A program made the translations under genes and the position numbers. From assembly GCA_964247055.1 (NCBI GenBank), contig OZ176050.1, positions 10,044,001 through 10,108,000 of the forward strand: DNA of 64,000 nt. Reading direction: 5' to 3'. Positions 40,166 through 51,431 of this stretch are shown here, in pieces. The first letter of the stretch is position 1; each line of letters opens with the position of its first letter. Under the pieces are notes generated by a model, which saw only the letters and a program-made list of their open reading frames with translations, did not search any database and was not told where the DNA came from. This DNA comes from Paragordius varius. Lineage: Eukaryota > Animalia > Nematomorpha.

Positions 40166-41734
40166 AATACAACATCATGCCCGCACTTATATTTAATGGC
40201 CAACGGTTTCTGTGGTAATTATATCCATATTTTTCCGCATAAATAAACTTCTTTCCGCTGCACAACTTGAAGCGGGCATAAAAATAATTCTCCTGACAAG
40301 TGAAGACGTATTGGTAATCAGTAAATGTGCCAATAAACTGCCATATTTCTGATACTCTTAATTGTATCTGTCTCAATTATAATTTTCCATGTAAAAAAAT
40401 ATATTCACAGTTCGTAAAATAATTGCCAAAACTTGAATTTTTGAATAATTGGAATATTGCCATTTAAATGTCGAAGAATTTTGAAAGTTTATCGGTACAT
40501 TTACCGGTTATCAACACTTGTCTCTACTAGTCAAAAGTATTTTTATACCCGCAAAGAGTGCAGCGAGATTCTAGCATAAATATGTACACCGTTTATATGT
40601 ATATCGTTGAAACAAATTAATGGCCAACTAGTAGTAATGATGAAAATATTGCATGATTGTTTGAATTTATAATTTTAATAAATTTTGTTAAATTTATAGG
40701 TAAAGCATAAAAAAGTATTTCGTTACATTAAATTCCATATTCAGCATTTTTTTCTTTCACTATTAATAATTTAAATGGGTTGTATTAAATTTTTTCTCAA
40801 CAGTCTTAGCTTTTAGCTGTGATTTAAAACTTTGTTTAAAGTCTTATGTATAAATCTAGGGAAGATCATTAATTGTAGAAATTCAAAAAAATTGTTTTGG
40901 TATTAATAATAATTTTTAAAATACATTTTTTATTTAACAGGGGTCAAAATTACAACCCTAGTAAATAACTATAAAGGTATTATTTAATATTAAATGCAAT
41001 AAATCAAATAACTTGGATATGGTGGTAATTCTATTTAATAAAAGGTGTATAAAATATATATTTTATGAACCAATATCTCTGATTGGGATGCATAAAAATT
41101 GTGTAATTATGATTAGATAAAAGATGTAACGCCTGTTGTAATTATAACCTGCATATGTGAGTCCAATCGTCATAATCTGCAGATTCTTTGTATAAATTAA
41201 AGTTTTCTTCTCTGTCATATTGATACCAATAAAAAGATCCATCAAAGGATACACCAATGGGTAAATCTCGTTCCGCCTTAGATATAAGAATGTCAGATTT
41301 AAAAGTCCAATTTTTTTCATATTGCAATTCTAACATACCCTAAAAAATTCAATTTGAACATTACTCTCAAAATTTGGACTTTGGCAAATGGAGATAACTT
41401 ATCATAAGAATCATTGTACAATAATTCATAATCATCTTGTGACAATATTTCAAAATCCTAAAATATTATTTGTCTCTACTTTTAAAGAAAGTGCCAATAA
41501 TTGTTGCCATTTTTCTAGTTTTATTGCTTTTCTAACTTTTTTGAGCAATAAAATAAATAAGGGTTTGAGGCCTAATATTTTAATCAACAATTCCATACTT
41601 AATGAAGAAGATTCAATCGTTCTTTGAAGTTCAGGCATTGAGATGTAAGGTATATCCAGCATGTGACCATATTTCTCCAAAAATGAACAAACAACTGCAA
41701 AACTACTATCATTTAAAATTGATTGACTGTCCAT
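28880..41734 (-). CDS. RSF1: Remodeling and spacing factor 1-like (DDT-like and WHIM/WSD N-terminus, PHD finger, Asn-rich C-terminus). About 14 exons, including 41734-41599, 41571-41480, 41457-41365, 41339-41149, ~38697-38539, ~37667-37220, two PHD exons (~36810-36550), ~33190-33060, ~32650-32472, ~31230-31165, ~31027-30243, ~29996-29644, ~29366-28880
   Basis: FAVVCSFLEKYGHMLDIP, EKWQQLL, YDKLSPFAKVQILRGMLELQYEKNWTFK and LPIGVSFDGSFYWYQYD are collinear with the RSF1 N-terminus. PHD reads CRSC..CGTC..HPQC..WQCPVCDH. It is followed by KQERLRSAGIQLTNIL and RTRKPIDYQFDAFDQMIDKAI, both conserved RSF1 blocks. The 3' end is least certain. Confidence 0.87.
31560..31800 (+). mobile_element. Degenerate non-LTR retrotransposon RT fragment in an RSF1 intron
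   Basis: Translates as HIFIDLEKVFDTIPR, matching the RT motif F(I/V)DLEKAFD. The frame is broken downstream. Confidence 0.5.
33426..36442. mobile_element. Rearranged, defective Chapaev-like (CMC superfamily) DNA transposon, ~3.0 kb, inside an RSF1 intron
   Basis: Termini CACTGTGCGCA and TGCGCACTGTG with TTA on both sides. Long inverted subterminal arms (~33426-33715 versus ~36200-36442). Transposase remnants: GLKGGYPTYACLFCLF (+, ~35722), IIPPLHIKLGL..GPQIE (-, 35450-35716) and IKLHLVDKHLDKFP..DQDGERFHQ..MIGEYYW (both strands). The Chapaev assignment is from recalled motifs and the TWA TSD. Confidence 0.75.
34530..34990 (+). mobile_element. Non-LTR (RTE-like) LINE fragment nested in the Chapaev-like element
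   Basis: Frameshifted translation FKYLGHIITANG...LYCTVIRPV/LTYASECW...NRLGYAGHI matches the C-terminal RT/thumb region of RTE-type LINEs (FKYLG, LLYGSETW, RLRWAGH). Confidence 0.7.
39351..39639. mobile_element. Tc1/mariner-like MITE, second copy of the 17302 family, in RSF1 intron 4
   Basis: TA|CAGTAAAAATTGAAATTATACGGACAAACG at the left and TGTCTTTTATATTTTTACGTATTATCCATATAATTTCAGCTTTTACTG at the right. Shared internal CAACCATACTTTTT. Confidence 0.65.
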
Positions 41735-42472
41735 GGATTGGCTAAAACCCTTATGGTTTAACGTGCAAGGGTTGCAATCGACCTTATATAATAAAAAATT
41801 TAGCTTGGTCTATTTATGCCTATCACATATAACTTAAATAAAACACATTAATTTCAGTCTTTGGATTCAAATTCGGGTGGTTGGATGGGCCAGTTTTAAA
41901 TTAAATATTATAAAAAATATGGAAGGAATCAAAACAATGGCAATATTTTGCAATTATATTACATGAATGCACCGATATATAAAAGATTTATTCAACTTGA
42001 TATTGCTTATTTTATAAAACCCAAAGGTAAATGTAGTCAGCATGTCATGCGTCTATTAGCTAAATATATAAATAAAACAAAATACGCCACTTTTGTGATT
42101 CTATCAATGTTAGATGTAAAAATTAGCTTATTTTAAGCTTAAAAATTAAATATCACGATATTTTGCAAATATGTTGTAAATTAAAAATGGCACCAAAGTA
42201 GTTTAACATAAAACTTTTTTAAAACTAATTTTTTTGGATATTCGTATATAATTTTCATTAGGATAGAAGCATATTTAAATCAAGACCGTTTCTTTCAGTA
42301 GTTTCTTATCATTGTCAGCTTAAATACAGTCTGGGGCATTTATAGAATTTGTATAGTAGTTTTAAGTTTATTAAAAAATACAAAAATTTTATAATCTAAA
42401 ATTATTTTCTACTTACTTTGCGTCCTAGGGGGTATATAATATTGTGATAAAATATCTATATTCTCAAATATA

Positions 42473-42506
<34 letters not shown>

Positions 42507-42647
42507 ATATAGTAATGATTCTAGTGATGTTATTAGTTTTAGGTGAGTGATACAACAAAATTATTTTACTTTTGTGCTCGATATAGCAAAATCTCATTAG
42601 CGCTCATTATGCTTGATAAATTTTGATTTACCAAAAGTTATCATTAA

Positions 42648-43154
42648 CACTTCGATTCAAAATGGGGTAAAATACCCCAGACAATATTCAATTTAATATT
42701 TTTAAAAAACTACTGAAAGAAACGGTCACATTTAAATTTATGCTTCTATTCTGATAAAAATTTTCTAAATAACCCGAAATTCAATAATATTTAGTTTTGA
42801 AAAAAGTTCCATATCAAACTACTTTGGCGCCATTTTTCTTTTATAACGTTCTTGCAAAATTTCCTGCTTATTTATTTTATAGCTAAAATTAAAGGTCATT
42901 TTTTATTTAAATTCTGTTTCTATTATATTTAGCTATTGCAATAAATTTTTACCTTCGTGTTTTACCTTAAAATAACTGGTAACAAGTATTTTTGAATAAA
43001 TTGTTTTTTATATTTCGGTATACATATTATATAAGTACAAACCTCGGCATGGTTTCAATTCTTTACTTATTTTTAGAAATATTTTTTAAACAAGCCTGGG
43101 TATCCTACCCTAATTTGAATCGAAAAATTGAAATGAATGTGTTGTATCCAAGTG
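42648..43154. mobile_element. Non-autonomous piggyBac-like MITE, copy 2 (507 bp)
   Basis: TTAA flanks at 42644-42647 and 43155-43158. Ends CACTTCGATTCAAAATGGGGTAAAATACCCCAGAC and ...GTTGTATCCAAGTG. Collinear with 10124-10690. Confidence 0.75.
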
Positions 43155-43715
43155 TTAATATTTATTGTATATTTATTTAAAAACTAAAACAATATTATTA
43201 AATTATAATTTCTAGATGTGGGTCTTACCTAAGCCCTTCAATGGACTAGTTATCTTAATAAAACAAAGATGCCGAGATTGCGCGATATTGTGTAAGCTTG
43301 TGACGTAAAAATAAGTTAATTTTTAGAAAAAATGGATATTTCCTATTGTAGTAAAATATTGCTAAACGTAGATAGCTTTTTGAAACAACAGTATAAAATC
43401 ATACAAAATATAAAAATACTTTGTTATGAAGCTCATGATTTTGTGAGATTTTTAACTAAAAGACTCGCTTGCCAAATTTATTTTTTTTGAGAACTCGATT
43501 TATATTAAACTTAAAAATAAGGACAAATCAATCGTTTAATAAAACCTCGGATGCGATAATCTTCATCATCGACTTATAAAGTGTTTTATATATTTTAGCG
43601 TGTTTTCATACTGTTTTCATATGTTTTAAAACACCATAAAGCCAACAGTATTTTGCTATTATTAAAAACCAAAATTTATTTTCGGAAAAAATAACTTATT
43701 TTGTAATATAGCATA

Positions 43716-45190
43716 TACGCGGTGTCCAGAAAAAAATGTTCTGTCACAATATAGGATTATTATGTAGCTTGTTTTGAGCCTTACGAGTAAGAAAGAGAAC
43801 ACCTTTTTAATAAATTTCCATATCAGTAAATGGCAAAATTTGCGCACATTTGCTTAAATATTTTATATTACAAAATAAATAAAATCTATATATTTATAAA
43901 AATGAAAAATGTTGGCTGTGTGATCTGTTTTCGAAAAGCCGGTGGGACCAATTCAAATCCAAATGTAAATATAAACATTAATGAATGCTCCGGCAATAGT
44001 TTCGCCCTTTTTTAAGTTAGTCCCCAGTTCGGGCCCACCCCGTGTAAAAAACGGGCTTTTTTCGAAAACAAAAGTCAACAAAAATCGTGTCTTTGAGACA
44101 ATTTTCCGGAAGACATGTTGGACCATTCAATTTCAAATATAATTTTTTTACTTTTTTTTTCTATTGCGCTGAACATAGTCGACTCGCTTTTTTAATTAAG
44201 AAATGCCATTTTTTTCAAAAAAACTAAGCCTACAAAAAAATTTTTTGAATCTATTTTTCGCCCAAGGTATGAGACCGTTAAAATTTTATCATCATCCCAG
44301 GTATTCTCCGTAAAAAAGGCAAAAATATTAATCAAGCTTTTTTTTGTTTCGCCCATGGTTAGGGGGCTACCCGCGTAAAACTGCGTCACCATATCGATAC
44401 AACATGCCTTTAGAACCAAAATTTCAGAAATATGAGACTATGTGAGTTAAATAAAGGCCCGAAAGATTTATAACCCATTAAAAACAAATATTTTAGTATA
44501 GGGGGATATTTTACTGAGTCTCTAAGTAAAGTTCGACGCCCTGACAAATGCGCCGCCATAGAACAATTTTTGAGTTTTTCAAGCAATATTTCCAAGAAAT
44601 AATAGGAACATATGGAATCCATTATAATTCCAGATATTCCCCATATAAATGCAAAACTTTTACCCAACGCTTTTCTATACCCCCCCCCTGGGTAAGGAGC
44701 TACTCACCAAAAACTTCCGCCACTATATACAAATTGCGTTGTTTTGGAGCTAATTTACAGAAAATTTATGAAGCCATATGAGCTCATTAAAGCTTGAAAT
44801 ATTACCTGTAAGGTAAAAATTAAGGTAGGGCGTTTTTTATTATTAGTTAATTTGAGGACTTTTATGCCCTAAAATTACGCCATCATATAACGATTATTAA
44901 GTGTTGAGGTTTTTTTCGAAAACCCGTGAGACGATGGTGTCAAAGAGGATTCCAAATATTTGCCACCTAAAGGCAAAGAATTCAACTCAGCGCTTTTTCC
45001 ATATAGGTCTATGGGTAGAAGTCTACCCGTTTAAAACTGAGACGCCATACAAAAATAGCGTGCTTTTGGAGCTAATACTTTAGAAGCCATACGAGTTTAA
45101 TAAAGGCTCTAAATAATACCCAAAAAAGGTAAAAATTATAGTAGTTTTTTCCGTTAGCCGTCAATTTAGGGCCTTCAAGGCCGTAAACAA
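43716..45190. repeat. Comparatively GC-rich non-coding repeat, probably transposon-derived, with an internal ~320-bp degenerate direct duplication
   Basis: TACGCGGTGTCCAGAAAAAAATG at 43716 resembles a Tc1-type end. Block TTGGAGCTAAT..GAAGCCATA(T/C)GAG..AAGGTAAAAATTA occurs at ~44745 and ~45067. No right TIR or transposase seen. Confidence 0.35.
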
Positions 45191-48100
45191 TATATTAGTA
45201 TGAATGCACAGTTTTGAAATACTATGAATGAGATCATAGCTGTTAAATAATGTTTGGAAATAATCTACATATATATATCTCAAGTTGAGCCCTTTTTTTC
45301 AAATAGCGGCTTCGCAGGCTCCAACTTACACTATCATGTTTACCACGGTAAAAAAATATATAGGAATTTTACAAATGTGTGTAAATCTAACCTCTTTACT
45401 CCATAAGGACAAAATTACACATGTCTTTTTATTTATATACTTCACCCAATTGCTTATGTTTTATATATAAGATATTGGTGAATATATATTTTTGTTAGGG
45501 CATTTATACCCTTAAACCAGCTCAACAATATGTTTTTAAGGCTATTTTTCGCCAAAATTATGGGATCATAATAAATTAATTAGGAGTGCAGATCGCGTAT
45601 AAAGGCAATTAATAAAATCCAATAAATGATTAAAGTTTATTATAGTCCTAAAAATTTTATTTTATAACAACGATATTTATTGTAAGGCATGGTATTTTTT
45701 TAAAGATTTCATAGCAGCATCAATAAGATATATGCAAAATCAATGCATCATTCGTTGACGATGATTAATACAGTTATTTTTTATGATCACTAATTCATTG
45801 AGTTTATTTATTTTTATTAAAATATATATATGTAAATAGGAAATTAAAATAGTAAAATCTAGGTACGATTCCCTAATAATGAGTACAAATTTAAATGTAG
45901 CTTATTTTCGCATTGTTTTTAAATAAATAGCTGATATATATTGTTAAATTTAAAAACATAATAATTTTATATATAAGTTTCAAACACCTTAGCATTTGCT
46001 AAGTTATGCAAACTTTTAAAAGTGAAAAATATGGTATAAATAAGTTTAAAAAACCGGAGTTGTCGTTCCTTGCTCATATAAATTCTGATTACCATCAACA
46101 AGGTGTGTAAGGTCGGTAAATTCAAAAAGAGAATGGGCGGAAATCGAAATCCCTTTGTAATAAAAATATAAAATTCAGAAAAAATAATGGAATCGGCATG
46201 TTGGTTCCAAAACCCGTTTTTTAAATAGGCTCTCTAATTCCATTTTTTTTCATAATAATGAATTATAAACAAAAGAAAATTGATATGGTTCTTGTGACTG
46301 ATTTTATTTAACTATTAGAATATTATCAAAGAATCTAGATGAAAATATTATTGAGGTGAAATGTCATTAATATAAATGTTTGGGAATTAAAATATTGGGG
46401 CTATTTTATAAAAATATGAAATTTCCAAAAACGCTAAAAATAAAAAATGATTTTGCATATTTATTGAACTTGGGTGACTAATAGCAAGGTATGTGATTAA
46501 TCATATTAAGTTTTATTATGGGGAATTTAACATTATTTACATTTTTTTATTATGTTTGTCTTTATTATGGAAGAGGGGTGTGTAGTCATTATCACCTTAG
46601 ACAATTTGTCTAAAATACTAGTAAAGCTATAAAGATTATACAATAACATATCAATTTAATATTATAAAATTATGTTGAAAGTTAATTAGAAAATTTTTTC
46701 TAAATAGTTTTATCGAACACTTTAATGGGTTATCCAACAGCTATATTGGCGAACGACAACACAATTATATTCGAAAATGATAAAACCTAAGCCAAAACAA
46801 AATATTAAAAATAATTTTTAAATCAAATATGCGCCAAAATTAACTATTTATTTATGTATTTTGGAAGAATTAATTAATCTCGATAAGCAAAACTAATTGA
46901 GTTAAGATGTAACTTTATACCTTTAATTCGTCGTTTTTGAAATGTGTTTCGAAATTTAAGTAAACACAAACATCCTAATATCTATATGTTGTTTATAAAG
47001 GTGTTGTAAAATTAGTATCGATAAATGCTTATCAAACTTTAAGCTAATAAATACGATATGTAATATATATCGTATTTATCGAATCTCAAATCGGATTGTC
47101 ATCGTTATATTTGTGATACTTTATATCATCATTTTATTTTAATCTGCGCAACATTAGCCATAAACAGGATATTCCTTTTTGAAAGTAAAAAACATCTTTT
47201 ATTTAAAAATACGAAACTAATTCTACATTTTTTACATTCACATAGTTTTATTTTTGGTATTAATAATCCTAATTATTCTTATTCAAAAATAACCCCTATG
47301 TTATATAAAAATTCAGATAGTTTCCATGTTTCTTCAAACCTGTTTATTTAGATTTAAAAGAAAATGTATTTGATTTATGTCACATACTCTCTGGTCAAAA
47401 ATACCAAAATTATGGATCTAATAAGTAATTAAAATGATTCGTTTTTATATTATTTCCATCTATAATATTCGAAAAATAACATATAAAATACATATTTCAT
47501 AAAGTATATAATATTAAAAATTTTGTGAACATTTTGGCATAAAGTGTATTATATTAAAATTTTTATCTGCCAATCAAAATGATTGATGTTTTAATCGGAT
47601 TAGTTAAGGCGATTATGTAACTAACAAGTTAAACAAACATTCATATATATAATGCTTTAATAACCTTGTATAAAATTTATTTACATTGTTTTTTTATTTA
47701 TATTGTTTGATAACAAATTGGACAGAAAAAATAAGGCAATCTCTAAAATCTAATTTTGTAAACGAAAATTTTTAAAATTTTATACATTGTATATAGTAAA
47801 AAAATCACAATCCACCATTTTTTTCTTAATAGTCCACTAAATACTATTGTAATAACAAGAGTTGTAATATAAAAGGGTAAAGCCCCGGATATTTGCATAA
47901 GATATTAAGATAACATGTTGTTTTCAAAAAATTATGCAAAAGGATGAATTGTAAAATGTATTTATTTAAAATAAATATATATCTTATATATTTGATCCGT
48001 GGCGCTCTTTCTATAATAATCGAATCACTTAATCTAGAGACAAGAAATATATCAAAAGCATTAACGCTAAATTATATTATAGAATTGCTTAACACGAAAA

Positions 48101-51100
48101 GTGGATATATGCTTTTTATATTGTCGGAATATGTATATCTAATATCCCTTCCGACACTGATCTCAAACACACATAATTTATGTGTTTAAACGATATGATT
48201 TAACATTTATAAAAAATATTTTATATATGTTTATTTGTTGAAATGTAATGTAATCTAATACTATTAACACAAGAAATATCGCTAATATTATATTAAGCGC
48301 GATTCGTATTTTATGGAAAAGTCGCTGGATCCTCTTAAAATTTCCTTAAATTTTAGGTACAGATTTTCACGGTAATATCAAATTTACAAATCTTGATATA
48401 ATGTTTTTCGGTTAAAAACACGTATTTATCAATGTCACATCATCTAACAATATAAGTATTATTTTTGTAAAACTTGGGAGTATATATATACATTATATAT
48501 ATATATATATAAATCGCATTAAATGAATGCGTTTTAAATCATATTATGTAATTAGTTTTTTAAGGTATTTGCTTATAATAAAAACTACCTAAATGACGAA
48601 AAAGATAATAATATATATATATATATATATATATATCTTAAATAAACATTTAAATACATATGAGAACATATATATATATATATATATATCGATAAATGAT
48701 ATCGTTATATAATTTTTTCTTGTAATCATATTATCGAGTTTTATCCTAGCTTTTTATTTTAAACGAAAGCAACGCAACACAAGATTAGGTTACAATTTGC
48801 TATACAAGTAGGTGTTCGATGTTTACAGCTGTAAATGTTTGTTTTACACTTACGAGAATTCGAAAGTCTAATCTAAAATATGGAAATGGTTGTTAAAGCT
48901 TTGTAATCAAGCGATGATTATCGCCAAAAGTTTACGTGATTGAATTTTACTAATCTAAGAGTTTCATAATTTTTAGCCATTGCACATTTTGATTTTTAAT
49001 TAAATCTTTAAATCCAAAAAGTAATTTTTTCCCTTATAATATATGTGGCTAAAAATTTGTATCCTAAAGAATTTTAAATTATTGTTGTATGTAACACTTG
49101 TATATTAATCATCTAAATTTGTGTTTAAAACAATTGTTTCAATTTAATTTATTTACCAATATATTACAATATATTTATTATATTATATAAAAACTAACTA
49201 ACTATATAAATACCTTGTGAATGCTGTACTCATCATAATATAAATTCAATCTTTTTTATTATATGTATGAAAAATCGAGTTTAAGATGCATATAAGTTGT
49301 AAATGCTTAGAATTGATATGTGACAAATTCAGGAAACTTAATTCAGTTAGTACATATTCTTGTTGCTAAACAAATACTCTTTTTATTATACTAAAATTTT
49401 TAGAAGTTAAGAATTGAAATAGATATTTATATATAAGCTATTTAAAATTTGTGCATCCTATAATATATGTAATAAAGTTATTGTATTAGCAATTATATTA
49501 TTTTTTAATTATCTTTTTATAACAAGTATAAGTATATATATATTTTTAAACAATGATAACCTGATAGGAAACGAAAATACAAATATAACTCGTTAACCAA
49601 TCCTCACAGTACTCAGAATTACTTCCTCTTTGTATACTTTACGTAAGTAAAGAACATATAAATTAACTTTTGTGAAATTAGTCATTTTTTTGTCAAAATG
49701 CATTCATCTTATGCAATGAGAAATATTTTATCGCGTAAAGTATTGCAGAGTATCATTATAAAGTTTTGTAAGTAAGTTTAAGAATCTCTAGCTAGGAAGA
49801 TAATATAAAGAGACAATCTTATTGACAAAGATGATAATTATATTTGAACTAGTTGTGTGAAGACATAATTGTAATTTTTGGCACATTGTAAGATGTTTTT
49901 ATTTGTAACTTATCTTTGTAATTTATTTATTATTAAATTGAATAGCAATTTAAATCAAAGCATTTGAACAGGTTTAATGTTTACTGTAAAATATTTGGCC
50001 TTCATCGCATAATTTTATCATGGCTTAAGTTAAGTTCATTCATGTAAAATTTTAATTTTTTATTAGGAGATTCCAATTAAACATCCAAATTTCGGTATGC
50101 GTTTTAAGCAGGCTTTTATGAATCATTTTAATTAGCATTGCTTAAGCTAATGAACTTTGTAGCAAAAATTAATTACAATACAAAAATTTATAAATGATTT
50201 ATATTTATGTATAATGAAAAATATCTATCATTGTATTATGCCAAGGTAAAAAAATGAGAATATAATCCCCTTACTAATAATTGACGTTTGATCCGATATT
50301 TGATAGACAGATTAGTTTGAAGTTAAATTAGGGTGTATACTTAAAAATAGTATGAAGTAAGGTTATTGTTATAAAGTATGTTTATCTTATTAAAATTAAA
50401 ATAAATAATTGGTGTAAAATTAAAATTAAATCTATAAAAATGTGAGTTTAAAAGTTACATTTGACCTGATTGTTACTGTATTTTTTTGAAACTATTAAAC
50501 CAAATTTTGGATGATAAACTTATTTTGTGTGGGTTTTAACTATATTTCCAATTAGTAATGATGATAGCTTTTCAGTGACTGTATTCGTAAACAATCAGAC
50601 CGGTAATTATTTTTGATATATCAAAAACTCAAACTTCATACGAAGCTTGCATAGAAATTAAGCTAAAACATAAAAGTATTGCCGTGAAATAAACATTTTT
50701 CATAATAGATAAAATTACCGATTAATAATTTATCAAACATTTTGCTATTTGAGTGTCCTAACATCAATGATTTTGATTCTTAAGCTAAATATAATCAAAT
50801 ATTCCATAAGTACAAGACTATATTATTTTTTTTAAATAACTTGCGAAATCGTTTTACGATAATTTTAATATAAGACTAACTTTTATAATGTAATTTTTTC
50901 CCAACAAATTGCAAAAAATGTTTTTTAAGTCATCATTGATATAAAAGTTTGACGGAAACTACATTTTCGAAAAAATACATTTTTACCTATCCCATTATTA
51001 TATCTATATCAAAATCACACTTTGTAAAGATAGTATATTAGCATTATTGTTTGTTTAGATTTAACAATTGTATGTATTTGTATTTTTCTTTCCAAATATC

Positions 51101-51202
51101 CCTTATACTATTACCAATTTATCAATATCGAATTCAATAAAAAAAATGTTTAAATCCAATACTGTTTATATAAATTATATTTATCTATCTATCTTTACCT
51201 GT

Positions 51203-51233
<31 letters not shown>

Positions 51234-51431
51234 GTGAAAAACATCAATCTTATTTCATTTACTTTTAAAGGTGGTGCGAAAATATTTATACAATTATTTT
51301 TAATGATAATTATTAGTTATTTTTTTTTGATTTATTACCTTGAATTCAAAATTAAACTCATATCTTTTTAAAGCAAAGCAATATTTTATTGATAATTTTT
51401 ATCTATCAGAGTTGGAATTAAAAATCAAATA

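Noticed and set aside
41340-41479. RSF1 and LONP1 5' ends as frameshifted pseudogenes or assembly indels
   Set aside because: Each break is bounded exactly by GT..TAG, removal restores collinear conserved protein, and the remainder of both genes is intact. Not fully excluded without reads.
45200-51400. Long gene-free region upstream of Dmbx as a possible hidden gene or ncRNA
   Set aside because: Only short AT-biased ORFs and microsatellites. Probably regulatory or intronic for Dmbx, and nothing can be called from sequence alone.
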